DNA of 64,000 nucleotides from Naegleria gruberi (Eukaryota): NCBI GenBank assembly GCA_000004985.1, contig GG738898.1; one strand, 5' to 3'. Shown piece by piece: positions 43,328 to 55,268 of this stretch (position 1 is its first letter; each line of letters starts with the position of its first letter). The notes under the pieces were generated by a model. It saw only the letters and a program-made list of their open reading frames with translations, ran no database searches and was not told where the DNA came from. The position numbers and the translations under genes were made by a program.

Positions 43328-45136
43328 TTACTTGAGAAGAATCTTTAAATTATCATTCTTTAGTGAAGGTGGATTTGAGTCTGACTGTCTCAATATAGAA
43401 TCTAAACCCTCCTCAAACAAATATTTGACAAATGACTTGTCAATTGCAGACATTTCATACATGTGAATTGACTTTTTAGACTTCAATTCCGTTCTAATAA
43501 TGTTATAGAACAATCTTCCAATATATTTCCTACTATTATCGAAAACATTTTGTGGTTCTGTTGATAAATTAATTCCTCCTGTCGATGCGGTTATTGTGGT
43601 GAATGCAGAAACATGGAAACCTTGCTTCTCAAAATCTGGAAATATCACAGAGATTGACTTGTCCTTTTCCTCAATCTTTTCCTTAAAAACATCCATCTTG
43701 TTGAGTACAATTACAAATTCAGATTCCAAATTTCTCATATTCATCTCTTGACAAACAGATTTTAACACTTCAATGGATTCTTGAAGTTTGTTCTTATTTT
43801 TCTGATCACACGAATTGACATCAAAATCAGCCACTGAAACCACATAAACAATCACATCAGGTTTGGCTTCCAATAGAAGGGCCCACTTTTTTCTTTCACA
43901 TCTCTCACCACCAGTATCGTAGACTTTCACAACAGTGGATTTACTAATTTTCACATCCACTGAATTGATACCAGTTGTTTGCACTCTCATTTTAAAATAA
44001 TCATCTTCAGTTGCTATTATTATTGCATTCGAATCACATTATTCTAAACGTGGAAATTACTTACGTTTATAATCTTCCTTGAAAATTCTATTGATATTCT
44101 TCATGAAATAGACAATATTTTCACTAATATGAAAATTAAAATCCGTAGCATTCATAAATAAATATCTCACAGCATTATTCCTCCAAATTGCCTTGATATC
44201 CGATTTCAATTCTTTCAAACCTCCTTCATAATCAATATGCCAACTTCTCTCATTCATCGTCTTGGTCGAAATAAACTTGATCCTATTCACAATCTTTTCC
44301 TCTGCCTTGTTCCATTCGAATTGGAAAGAAGAAATGAGTGAATTTCTTCTCCTATTTTCATTACTCATATTCATATTCACATCAAATTGTTGTTGTTGAT
44401 TGATTTCATCATTGGCAAATGTTGTCCTTCCTCTATTGAATAGTGATGGTTTTTGAGAATCGTTACTTGTTGTTTTTGAAGTTAATGGACTTGATTGACC
44501 TAAAGAGGAAGGAGACAAACCTGATGAAGATGTAGAAGCACTTGATGTTTCTAATAGTTTAGAATGTCTCATTGCAGTGCTAACAGCACTAATTCCCAAC
44601 AAGGAATCATCACCAAGAGCATTTTCATCAAAACTATTCGAAAGTATAGAACGATCACTAAATTGTGAAGGATTGCTCTTTACAAGATTTATCAATTCAT
44701 CAGAAAGTCTTCTATCATGTCTCGTACTCGCCTTTCTCTCTAAATTCGGCATTGATGTATTCGAAACCGCCTCTCTACTAGCACTTGTAATTGCGTTGCT
44801 GCTGCCATTATTATCAGAAAGTAAACTATTGTTTGCCACAAATTGTTCCATAAATTTTATGGCCCTCTTGATGTGATGAACAATTTCATACTGAAGTGAA
44901 GTTTTAATTAAAATTCGATTTTCTTGCGTTGAATGAAAATTACAAAATTGAGCATTTCCATATAACGATCGACAACTTTTGAAAATTGTGCTTTTACCAC
45001 TTTCGGAAGTACCTAATAGTGCAACTACTGGGATGGTGTGGATGGTTGTTGTTGATGAGGGAAATGGAAATGGTGGAGATGAAGTTGTTGGTGATGGTGG
45101 AACCATTTTTTTGATTTTAAAATTGGCAGATGACAC
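43328..45136 (-). CDS. divergent heterotrimeric G-protein alpha subunit, 2 exons
   Basis: Exon 1 is 45136-44065 and exon 2 is 44013-43328, with a 51-nt GTAAGT…AATAG intron. The protein has LLGTSESGKSTIF (P-loop), YKPTEDDYFKMRVQTTGI (switch I Arg present), DTGGERCERKKW (switch II with Glu at the catalytic Gln position) and NKMD. A ~190-aa Ser-rich insertion lies in the helical domain. There is no N-terminal MG. Confidence 0.8.
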
Positions 45137-45894
45137 TTGACTGGTTTTTAATAGAATGGCATTGCGACTTGAGCGTCAGATGGAAGAGAATTTTCAGTGC
45201 AACACTCGGCAACGAATAAAAATTCATTGAATATTTTGGTTTTTGTCTATGATTTCAAGTTCACAAGTAAAATGCTTCTCAAAATTTCGAGATTATTCGA
45301 AATTGAGCTTGTTATTTTGTAAAATAAGAAATGAATTGTACAATCCAAGGGTACAACAAGCCAAAAGGTTGGCATTTGGTCATGCATTAAAATCTTTCCA
45401 TTTATCTATAAATGGGAATTAACAACTTGTCGACTTTTACCACCTCAACAGCACCAATGATTTAGAACTAACAATTATGAGATTTCAGGTGAGAGTTCTG
45501 CAAATAGTGGTACATGCCACACCAACAGATCGTTACGTAGACCTCTCTGAAAAACATGCAAACATTATGACAATTACAAAAGCTGGAACACATGGCCTTA
45601 GTGTAAAAGCGGGTGTTTGAATCAGCTTTCCTCAGTTACTATTAGTATTATCACTCTTTCAATGCGTATGTTAGATAGGTGATTGATAGAAATAAACTTG
45701 TAATATTGTTGAAAGTTTTTTTTTGATTAGTTAGTTCACATACTAATTCGCCGTGGACGAAAGTTTGGTTTAAAATGGCTTGAAACTAAAGGCTTGTAAA
45801 AGTGAACAGAGGAAAGATAACAAATGTAAATTATTAGAATTAGTTTTTAATCAATTAGTTTACTTTACATTAGTTAAAAATTAGTCAAAATTGC

Positions 45895-46281
45895 TTAGAA
45901 TACAATTTGTTGTTTAGTGAAAGCAGCACTCTTTCTATTATTCACCTTATTTTTAAATCCTTCATTATCTGATCTCCTAATAATTCTTGCTGAGTTTCTT
46001 GGATTGACATGTGAAGTTTGTGAGAGAGCTCCCAAACTAGTCTTACTATTAACATCAACATATTCAGGTGTATGTTTCAGAGAAGATGTCATCGTTCTAG
46101 GAGAAGTATCAATCATCATATCTGTATCACTATTTGATGATCGTGGAGAGTCAGTTTGTTGATCAGTTGATGTTGAATTATTGGTCGGTGTCTTTTTTCT
46201 TTTCTTGACCAGGAAGGAGAAGAGTTTAAAATTTGACATTTTGCTACTAGAAGTTGTGTTGTTAGGTGGTGTGTTGCTCAT
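45895..46281 (-). CDS. small Ser/Thr/Asn-rich hypothetical protein
   Basis: 128-aa ORF MSNTPPNNTTSSSKMSNFKLFSFLVKKRKKT…. Confidence 0.3.
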   Translation of the reverse strand: MSNTPPNNTTSSSKMSNFKLFSFLVKKRKKTPTNNSTSTDQQTDSPRSSNSDTDMMIDTSPRTMTSSLKHTPEYVDVNSKTSLGALSQTSHVNPRNSARIIRRSDNEGFKNKVNNRKSAAFTKQQIVF

Positions 46282-46947
46282 TGCTAAAAACGCGAAAGGT
46301 TCTGTTAAAATTTGATAGTGGTTGGGATGAAAAGCTTTTTGCTTTTTTTTTAATCAAATGTAATTGTAAACTTACTACAAAAGACGCAAAGGACCATTTA
46401 ACTTAAGATCAATGAAGAAGTGATTCGGTTAACAGTTGACAACATGAAGTTTGATTGGCTAATTTGTGGGCTTATAGTGTGAGGTACCAAAAACGAAACC
46501 TAAGCAAAAGCAGAAGTTAATATCAGAAACTTTCTCTTCACCAAAGGTAATTGACTTGTGTGTTTAATTCTTTGTTGCATCAACTGTTGCATGTTGTGAA
46601 ATATCTTCATGTCAGTGAAGTAAATTAATGGTACAGAAATGGTAATTGTCTTCTTTTCAATAGTTAAATGTCATATTAGTGGAGTAATTCTCGGAGACCA
46701 TTGTAGAGATTGAGGAAGATTCATATTATTGTAAACAACGTTTAAATCTTGGGGTCACTGTGTGGCTGAAGAGGTTACAAATAAGCTCATACATTATATT
46801 AAATGAAGATGATTCGAATTGAGCTCTTGAATGGGTTGTCTATTAAGAATTGTTACAATTTAATTACACGTATTGCATAATCTGGCCGAATAGACATGCT
46901 TTCAATTCTTGATTATCTAAATAAGTTTCTGGATACAATGCTCATTC

Positions 46948-47943
46948 TTAAGAAATTATACATTCCTTGCTCTTTCTTTGTTTTTTGTTCGCTACTGTTG
47001 TTGGGGTTTCTGTCTTGTTATTTTGTTTGTTGATTTGTTTGGATGGATCAATTGTAAGGGAAATAACATTTTGAGAGCAGTGTTCATAAATCTTTGCAAT
47101 ATATTCCAGCAATAGATTTCTAACAGATTCAATATTATTAGTAGCCTCTAGGAAGGTAAAAGCACCCATTGATTTGCTTATTTGTGTAATATTTTCATCT
47201 GTGAAAAGTTCAATTAAGCCTGAGGACAGATTTTTGGTCCATATTGCTTTCTGGTGTGGAATTCTATTAATTGTTAAAAGTAATACTCTCGGAATGGAGC
47301 TGCTCAATTTATCTATTTCATCATAATCAATTGGATACCCACGAAAAGGAATGATAACTAGATGGCTTTCTTCATGAAATTTCTTGTTAAAATCGTTTTC
47401 AAAGTAAATACTTAGATTGTCATTAACATGGAATGTTGCATTTGGTTCAATAAGTAGTGCTTCCACATCAACTTGCTTACGAAAGAGTAACAAATCAGTA
47501 CCAAAATTTCTAAATGAAAAGGAAACTTTGATGTTGTGAGGAGTGGATTTGAATTTATTAGAAAGTTGAGAAATCTTTCTTCTATCCAAAAATTCTACAT
47601 CACAGTTTCCGAGTAATGACAATGTATTTAATTGCAAAACCTCAGATAATACTTGTCGGATTTGATCTATTAAGGCCAGTAATAACTGTCTTCTGTTGTT
47701 CCAAACCTGTCCCTTTTCAACTTGTTCTATTTTACTATCCAAGTTTTGCAATTTTAGCGACTCGTGTTGATATAGAGCTGACTGCTTTAATTTTCCAATT
47801 TTTGTATTCCAATAATTATCCAAATGGCAAACTGCAGATGAACATTTTGAATTTACCAACATTAAAGATGAAAGGTCCCGAAAGGATGTCAAATATTCAG
47901 CCACATTGGTCCAGCAGTCTCCAATATCCATGAGTTGTTGCAT
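46948..47943 (-). CDS. F-box-like hypothetical protein
   Basis: 331 aa. The N-terminus IGDCWTNVAEYLTSFRDLSSLMLVNSKCSSAV is F-box-like. No other recognisable domain. Confidence 0.55.
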   Translation of the reverse strand: MQQLMDIGDCWTNVAEYLTSFRDLSSLMLVNSKCSSAVCHLDNYWNTKIGKLKQSALYQHESLKLQNLDSKIEQVEKGQVWNNRRQLLLALIDQIRQVLSEVLQLNTLSLLGNCDVEFLDRRKISQLSNKFKSTPHNIKVSFSFRNFGTDLLLFRKQVDVEALLIEPNATFHVNDNLSIYFENDFNKKFHEESHLVIIPFRGYPIDYDEIDKLSSSIPRVLLLTINRIPHQKAIWTKNLSSGLIELFTDENITQISKSMGAFTFLEATNNIESVRNLLLEYIAKIYEHCSQNVISLTIDPSKQINKQNNKTETPTTVANKKQRKSKECIIS

Positions 47944-48030
47944 TTTTTTGTAAATTTAACGGCAAGTTCATCAGCTATTAATAATAATAAATTAGTTTAC
48001 CAACTTGAACAAGTTAAAATATCTACAATC

Positions 48031-49047
48031 TCAGTGGGTCATGTCTTCCACTTCTTGTAAACCAAGATCAGCCATATTTACATGAATATTTACATTGTTC
48101 GCAATTGAGGATTTTACAATATTGATAATTGCTTTGGATTCACCAATCTTGTAGATTTTGAGTCTATGATTCACAAAGTGGTACCAATTAATACCAAGTT
48201 GAGCTTCATCTGAGGATGAAAGGGAATTTGTTACAAGTACACCCACCTTGAACTTTTCGTTCAATTGTTTAAGGAGTGTAGCCTCTGTTTGGAGAATACT
48301 GGCTCTTTCAAAAGCTCCACCTTCTTTCCCTTGAAATTCCTTTGTTGATAATGTTGCCAGTGAATCAATAACAATTAATTTAATATTCTTCTCGAAAATG
48401 AATTCTTCCAAATTGTCTAAACTGTCTATCAACTCTTTGGAGCTGGCAACATGAATTATTGTACACTTCTTCAGAATTCTTTCTTCAATTTCTGATTCGC
48501 TCATATCAGGATTTCTGTTCTTCATCATGAAATATATTCTTTGGAAAATATTTGCTTGTTTAACTTCAGTGTCGAAAATAACACAACCAAACTTATCAAA
48601 CTCCATCAATAAATCACTAACAGCGGAAAGACAAAATTCTGATTTACCTGATGTTGTTGCTCCAACAATTTCAGTGATCATATTCAACGGAATGCCTCCA
48701 TGAAATAATGTATTAAAGGATGGAATATATTTCAATGGTAAAAACATTTGCTTATTTTGCTTTTCATTGTATAGTTGTAGACCAGTCCTTGGATTATTTA
48801 AATAATTTTGTGATATTATATTAGTTTTGAAAATCACATTCCGAACATAATTAGAGGCTTCCTCAAGTGTGCTCGTATCCAAAATGTATCGTAACTTGGA
48901 GTTTGGAACACAGAGTAATTGTTGTGTTGTGTTGATATTGTTCTGTGAGAGTGATGAAAGTTGTGTTGATGAAAAAAGCTTCAGATCAGAGAGACGAGCG
49001 TTTAAAGCCATTTTTTTGTTTTTAAATTTTTTATTGGCGGTTTCCAC
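48031..49047 (-). CDS. RecA/RAD51-family ATPase (RAD51 paralog-like)
   Basis: Walker A in GGIPLNMITEIVGATTSGKSEFCLSAV, Walker B LIVIDSLATL. The stop codon is TGA. Confidence 0.7.
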   Translation of the reverse strand: METANKKFKNKKMALNARLSDLKLFSSTQLSSLSQNNINTTQQLLCVPNSKLRYILDTSTLEEASNYVRNVIFKTNIISQNYLNNPRTGLQLYNEKQNKQMFLPLKYIPSFNTLFHGGIPLNMITEIVGATTSGKSEFCLSAVSDLLMEFDKFGCVIFDTEVKQANIFQRIYFMMKNRNPDMSESEIEERILKKCTIIHVASSKELIDSLDNLEEFIFEKNIKLIVIDSLATLSTKEFQGKEGGAFERASILQTEATLLKQLNEKFKVGVLVTNSLSSSDEAQLGINWYHFVNHRLKIYKIGESKAIINIVKSSIANNVNIHVNMADLGLQEVEDMTH

Positions 49048-49117
49048 CTTTTACTTGATTTTTTACAAGCTTGAACATCTATCTCTCAAAAATTGTAAAT
49101 TAATAAACTATTTATTA

Positions 49118-51508
49118 CTATTGAATGGAGCAATTTTTTCCATTCTTACCATACGAACTAGACAAAAAGTAGAAGAAAATTAGATTTGGGCATGATTTGA
49201 AGCTAATTGGCTGGGGATCATTTTCTGCTACGTCACTCACAACGAATTCTCTCAATTTTGGTGCTTCTATTTGTTTTGCAGAGAGGTTCAACTCTTTGAT
49301 GCAGTAAATGTTCACCAATTTGATATTATTCCACATATAACCTGCTTTTGAGTTTAGAGTCAAACTGGTTTTCGGTCCAAATACTACTAACTCTTCTAAG
49401 GATGGCAGTAAACTCAATTCAATTGTGCAAACTCCACAACTCTCAAGAAGAATATTTTTGAGATATTTGAATTCAGTCTTATTCAAGTCGGTAAATCCTC
49501 GTAGAGATAAAGATGTCAAGTTGGATAATTTTTGAATTTCTTTAAAAGTTATCCAGTAATCTCTGCTTCCTTGTTTTGATAGCTTGAAATGAGTTATGGA
49601 ATCCATATTTTGTGGTGGTTTGACTACTGTACAATTTGTATCTATGGAAAGTTCTTTAAGTGGAATATCTGGAACCTTACATACGTCTCCATGGTAAATA
49701 GACTGATTCAAAAGCAATGTATCTTTTTTAGAGATGTGCTCCTGAATAAAGTTTTCATAAACCGAGGAGCAGAAAAAGTTAGTAAATCCACTTGCATGAG
49801 AGTCACTTTGAATTACTAGCTTGTCAATATTTTGAATACTATTGAACATTGCTTCATGGTGAGTAGAGGAAGTTCTGTAATTCATCCAATCTATCTGCTT
49901 GATTACTACATTTGGACCATCCGTATATGTTCCATACATGCTGGTTGAAGCATTTGTAAATGATCTAACTCTATTAATGTTGATTGTGTGAGAAGGACCA
50001 TATATCATATATAAGCTCTCGCACTCATCAATTGTTACATTACAATGTGCCACCTGGTCAAATTTGAAATAGGAGAGGCAATTGTTTGGTAAGTACACAT
50101 TAGCTTCTTGTAGCTTTGTAATTTTAAAAAGTTTCAATTCTGGACAATCAGAAACATCCACCTTGTTGATATCAGAAAGGTACAATTGTCTCAAGTGTTT
50201 CATATTATTAAATGCCAAGCTAATACTCCACACAGGTGGGTAATTCGTAAGGCAAGGATTGAGGGAATACGTAAATTGTGATAAGAGTGGAAATTTATCA
50301 AGGGTAAAGCTGCTGTCAATGATCACAGTGTCCATTAAGAGGTATCTTAACCTTGCTAATTTGGTACTTGAGTGGAGTATGAGTTTACAACCTGATATAC
50401 AAAGATTTTTCAATTTTGGTGCATAAAAGTCCTGGCTGAAACTCACAACCCTATCAGTATGAGTGGTCCGTACTGTTAAATCAATCAGCTCATTGAAATT
50501 CCCTGATAGTTCCATTTTTTCAATACTCTTTGATCCGTTAATGTATAATTGCCTGAGATTAGAGAAAGAGGATAGAAGCAGCATGGCTTCAATAAATTTT
50601 CCATCTTGGATTGGGGTACCAAGACTATAGTCATTAGAAACTCTCAAAAATGTAAATACGGATTTTTTCTTTTCTGATAAGGAGTTGTTCAAATATTCAA
50701 AATCTGCAAATCCAATATTAGAAGTCATTTCAATCTTTTCCAAATATTCTTCCAATAAATATTGAGGATTAGTTATCAATTCTATAGCTTCTCTCTTTTT
50801 CCTTGCTGCATAAAACCTAATAGTTTTCAATTTCAACTCTAAATGTTTTGCATTAGTGACAAAAAAGTAAAGTGTTTTGTAATCACCAACAGTTAAATGT
50901 TGCAAATTATTCCACAAGAATTGGTTAGGTTGAAATATAGCCAAATTGTTGCTATATGAAATATTCAAGTATAATTCCTCAATATTTGGTAAAAGCTTCA
51001 TGACAAACATTGTATAATCCATATTCTTATATTTGGATTGTATCAGACGGCTAAGTGAAACTTTCTTAATCAAAGTTAAATCACAAATCGATTGTAGAGC
51101 TGTTTTAAACAATTCATAAATAGAATCCGTTGAATCAATCAAATTATCATCACTCACTCCATTTTCAACCAATTTTCCAACAAACTTTAAAAACTTGCAT
51201 GACAACACATCCGGGAAAGGTATAATCGAATGATCCCAAATCAACGCATTATCATGAAGTTTCCAGAATAGGTCCCTACACGAATGTTTCAATGGAAATA
51301 TCGATGATCCAATAACATCCATCGTTACAAATTTCTGAGTAATATTCTTCATCGGATCGGAAGAATCAGCAGCAGATGATGATTCATTACCTTGATCCAT
51401 AGCAGAAGAAGATCCAGTCACTGACGCCGATTCATAATAGCTGTAGGAACCTAATAGAAAGGAATAAACAATTGCCAGACAATCGGGTGTGAGCTCTGAT
51501 AGAAGCAT
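49118..51508 (-). CDS. large F-box-like / cysteine-containing LRR protein
   Basis: 796 aa. The N-terminus LTPDCLAIVYSFLL is followed by many irregular LxxLxLxxC-type repeats. Confidence 0.65.
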   Translation of the reverse strand: MLLSELTPDCLAIVYSFLLGSYSYYESASVTGSSSAMDQGNESSSAADSSDPMKNITQKFVTMDVIGSSIFPLKHSCRDLFWKLHDNALIWDHSIIPFPDVLSCKFLKFVGKLVENGVSDDNLIDSTDSIYELFKTALQSICDLTLIKKVSLSRLIQSKYKNMDYTMFVMKLLPNIEELYLNISYSNNLAIFQPNQFLWNNLQHLTVGDYKTLYFFVTNAKHLELKLKTIRFYAARKKREAIELITNPQYLLEEYLEKIEMTSNIGFADFEYLNNSLSEKKKSVFTFLRVSNDYSLGTPIQDGKFIEAMLLLSSFSNLRQLYINGSKSIEKMELSGNFNELIDLTVRTTHTDRVVSFSQDFYAPKLKNLCISGCKLILHSSTKLARLRYLLMDTVIIDSSFTLDKFPLLSQFTYSLNPCLTNYPPVWSISLAFNNMKHLRQLYLSDINKVDVSDCPELKLFKITKLQEANVYLPNNCLSYFKFDQVAHCNVTIDECESLYMIYGPSHTININRVRSFTNASTSMYGTYTDGPNVVIKQIDWMNYRTSSTHHEAMFNSIQNIDKLVIQSDSHASGFTNFFCSSVYENFIQEHISKKDTLLLNQSIYHGDVCKVPDIPLKELSIDTNCTVVKPPQNMDSITHFKLSKQGSRDYWITFKEIQKLSNLTSLSLRGFTDLNKTEFKYLKNILLESCGVCTIELSLLPSLEELVVFGPKTSLTLNSKAGYMWNNIKLVNIYCIKELNLSAKQIEAPKLREFVVSDVAENDPQPISFKSCPNLIFFYFLSSSYGKNGKNCSIQ

Positions 51509-51708
51509 TTTTTTTGATTATTTTTATTATTTATTTTTATTATAAATATTAAATAGTAATACCTCAATTACAATAAAAACTCTCCTTAATCAATCGAATT
51601 AATACACTTTTTTAACTTCTCCCTTTTTGAGATGTTTGACATTTTGACAGCAAAAATTACGTAACTCTCCAAGGATTGATCGTAAATTTCAATAATAAAA
51701 AAAAAGAA

Positions 51709-52938
51709 ATGACAACCACCTCAACAAACCTCAAACCACCTGACTACGTCTCAATGATTAAATATCTTCAAGAGGAGGAAAAAAGAATCGAACAATTGAT
51801 GAATCAATGTGTTGATTGTTATCCGAAACCTCATCCACCACTTTTAAAGAAGAAATCATCGAAACAAATTATTGAGGAAAATACAATTCTTTCTGCTAGA
51901 TCGGATGCCAGTCATTTCTCTGATGTTTCTAATATTGAAAATGAGGAGGAAATTGGAGATTTTGATGTTCCGATACAATATTCGAAACCTAGTGAATCTC
52001 TTGAAAATTGTTATAATCCCTTTGAGTATAGAAAGTACAAAATGCAATTGGAAAAGATAAGAACATCTAAAAAGAGATTTACAAAAGCAGCAAGTAAACT
52101 AAACGTGCCTAATACAATTATCAGAAATAGACGAAATCAAAAGATTCTATCCATTGAGGAATTTGATCCGAACAAATATTTGGAACGAATTACATCTGAA
52201 AATGTTATTGATCATTTTGCTGATTTTCAAAAATACAGAGAAGCTCAAAAGAGTAGATGGTCAAATTTCGTCCAAGAAATGGATACGAAATCGAAACGAA
52301 AGTCTGCCCTTACTCAAGAAAATTCCAAAGAAAATATACCTCCCCAAATAATTATTCAAAATCATGATTCCCATTCTGTTAAAATCCCACTTCTCAAACT
52401 CCCAGAAACTCGAAACCAAGAAGAAAGGCCAGCAAAACCAAATACGAAATCCAAAAACTCAAACTTTCAATATTATTCCCAATTTAAGGAAGCTCTCCAA
52501 CCACACTACACTGGTCTACAACCTAAGAACCAAGAATTCATTTCCAAACACAAAAAAGAAGCAATTCTCAGATGGACCGATGTTGATGAATTCTTAAATA
52601 AGGACGATTTTTCAATTTTGAAAGAAAAATGCGAACTCAATCTTTCTCAAATGAAAGTTCCCTCTCCAAATAATTCCTCCCACCTGAAAGTAAAGCAACA
52701 CTTCTCTGAAATGAAGAGAAATAAGAGTGAAACTGCAATGCTGGCTCCAGAAAGTCAAAATTTACTTCCACTATTGGAAGCTAAATTGGATGTGAATAAG
52801 GAAATTGTGAATAATAGAGTGGTTGACCAGAGTAATGTTAATAGACATGCTGTGGTGACTCCACCTCCTCATCAATTGCTTAAAATTTCAAAATCGACTG
52901 GTTCGATTCCTTACAGAAATTTCAATAAACTGTTGTAA
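51709..52938 (+). CDS. hypothetical basic/low-complexity protein
   Basis: First ATG gives MTTTSTNLKPPDYVSMIKYLQEEEKRIEQL… in a single ORF. The ORF-track start at 51676 is TTG. Confidence 0.5.
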   Translation: MTTTSTNLKPPDYVSMIKYLQEEEKRIEQLMNQCVDCYPKPHPPLLKKKSSKQIIEENTILSARSDASHFSDVSNIENEEEIGDFDVPIQYSKPSESLENCYNPFEYRKYKMQLEKIRTSKKRFTKAASKLNVPNTIIRNRRNQKILSIEEFDPNKYLERITSENVIDHFADFQKYREAQKSRWSNFVQEMDTKSKRKSALTQENSKENIPPQIIIQNHDSHSVKIPLLKLPETRNQEERPAKPNTKSKNSNFQYYSQFKEALQPHYTGLQPKNQEFISKHKKEAILRWTDVDEFLNKDDFSILKEKCELNLSQMKVPSPNNSSHLKVKQHFSEMKRNKSETAMLAPESQNLLPLLEAKLDVNKEIVNNRVVDQSNVNRHAVVTPPPHQLLKISKSTGSIPYRNFNKLL

Positions 52939-53052
52939 ATATGAATATTCAGAGTATTTAGATTTTATATTGTAAAGTTTTACAAAACATCTTAATATGG
53001 GTTTGGAAGTTGGTTAAACTCACTTCGTTCTTATTACAAATATATTAAAAAA

Positions 53053-54811
53053 ATGGACGAAACTGATCTCTCACACTTGCCACAGGAAATAATTTTCTGT
53101 GAGATTATGTCTTTCTTTGATTATTATTGGGTTTTAAACACTGCTCGATTTGTTTGTAAAGAGTGGAATCAACACCATAAATCGTTCCGAACAAGCTACT
53201 TTCGAATGCGTTATAAAGATGATCTTGACAGATTGGAAAACTTGATTGACCATCATTTAGATGATTTACATCACGTGACGAAATTATATCTTTCTCCAGC
53301 ACTGTCGAGTTATTCCCACATTGCTGAATTGGAAAAGAAAGTTTTTTCACAAATGTCAAATTTGAAAGAATTAACAATTTTTGGAACTATTCATCAATTT
53401 ATGATAGACGTATTTTGCAAAGTGGAAAGTTTGGAAAGTATTACACTGGATGATATTGGATCGTATTATTTATCAGGCTTGGTAAGAGACTTGGCAAAAC
53501 TCAAGAGAATCAAATCATTTTCTCTAATGACTTTTAATAGAAGTTATGATGATATAGACTTTAGTGTGGAATGGCCACTGGAGAGATTTCATGCTTGGGG
53601 TTCTCCATTAACAATCAATTCATGGATTTCGTTTCTGGAGAGCAAATCTGCCAGAACTGTAAAAGAGCTAACAGTTAATTTCATTCCCAATGACAAATCT
53701 GTTTTGGAAAAATTGTCAAACTTACAATCATTGACATGTCTTCAAAGCTCACACAAAGTATTTGATGGTGATAAATTCAAATACATATCAGAGTTAGTGA
53801 AATTGAAGAAACAATGGTAATGAGGGCTTGAAATATATTTCCAATTTGACGAATATGGAAAGTTTAAACTTGTCAAACAGTGAAATAACCAGTAGTGGTA
53901 TATCTCAGTTTGGGATTCTTAAGAATCTACAAGAGTTGGATCTTTCTAGTAATTTAATTAACTCAGAAGGAGCAAACTATCTGAGCTCATTATATAATTT
54001 AACAAGTTTAGCTCTAAATGATAATTCAATTACTGGGGAAGGTTTGAGAAACTTCAGTAACCTTACAAACTTAACTGAATTGTTTTTGGACAACAATAAT
54101 ATTGGAAGTGTTGGTGCCAATTATCTATCATCAAATACTAACATCAAGTTTCTAACTCTTTCTAACAATTCTATTGCAGATGAGGGTTTAGAAAATTTTG
54201 GAAATTTGAAATCATTAATCCATCTTAATTTGAATTTTAATAATGTTCAACGTGGATTAATTTATCTATCTGAATGTAAATTATTAAAACAATTGGATAT
54301 TCAACACAATAACCTTACTGATCAAGAATTAATTGATTTTTTCGATAAAGAACTAAGTATTGAAGAATTAGATCTTTCAGAAAACAAAAAACTATCAGGA
54401 AAATCATTTAAAAACATTTGTAAACAGAGAAAACTTTCCATTTTAAACATTGGAAGTAACCCAAAACTTGGAGATTTATCACTCTCCCATTTGGCATCTC
54501 TAAATCTATTAACATTGAGAGCAAATAATTGCGGAATTACTGATAAAGGGCTAGTGAAATTCTTACAAGAAAATTCGAATAGAAATTCGAGCAAACGATT
54601 GAATCTCTACTTGGAAGAAACCCCATTTACAAATATTGCATTGGAGGAATTACTTAATCAAGCAAGTTTCATAGAAGAGCTGCAAATTACTTTTTCATCC
54701 AAATTTGATGAAGCTCTCACAAAGAAATTGAATGAAAGAATACCAAAATTTTTCATGTCAAACGAGATTTTGGAACAAGCAAAGAAACCTAACAATTGTT
54801 TACTTCAATAA
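53053..54811 (+). CDS. F-box-like / RNI-type LRR protein, two ORFs joined by a frameshift or 53-nt intron near 53808-53869
   Basis: ORF 1 (F-box LPQEIIFCEIMSFF…) ends …KLKKQW*. The +1 frame continues as GNEGLKYISNLTNMESLNLSNSEIT… with 12 or more LRRs of the EG(A/L)xYLS type. The break is at a homopolymeric AAGAAAC. Confidence 0.7.
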
Positions 54812-55268
54812 TTTCAAATCAATTAACAATATTTACAGTATCGAGCTCTAACATCAACATGATCAAGTTATTATTACCGTTTTAACAAAGGCTAACCTAG
54901 AGTTTAAATACTAAAGTTTAGGATGGTTTATGATAGTTTTCAAAAGCCTCCATATCCTCCCTCTTGAAAAAGAAGTGCACCCCAAATGCCCCAACAACAT
55001 GTCCATAGAAACTGTTCTGCTCCTTGATAAGTTCAGTCTCAGCTCACTTTACAGCCAAGATAAGAAGCCCAAAAGGCAATCTTGCAAACATCAGTAAAAA
55101 AATCATTCAAACGCGACTATTTACTTTAACACACGGTTTTTTCTCCTCTCTGAAAATTGTTGTTATAGGATCATCCAGTCTATTTAAATTGGAGGAGTGT
55201 AGTAATAGAGATAAACAGAATATATATTTAAATTATTATTGTTAAGTGGAAGGCTTTGAATTTTATAT

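Noticed and set aside
45137-45894. ~750-bp ORF-free stretch that is slightly GC-richer than average. I considered an snRNA or other ncRNA gene.
   Set aside because: I found no recognisable snRNA boxes (no ACAGAGA, no Sm site with flanking stems). It lies between the Gα 5' end and the 3' end of gene 45895, so promoter or UTR is the simplest explanation.
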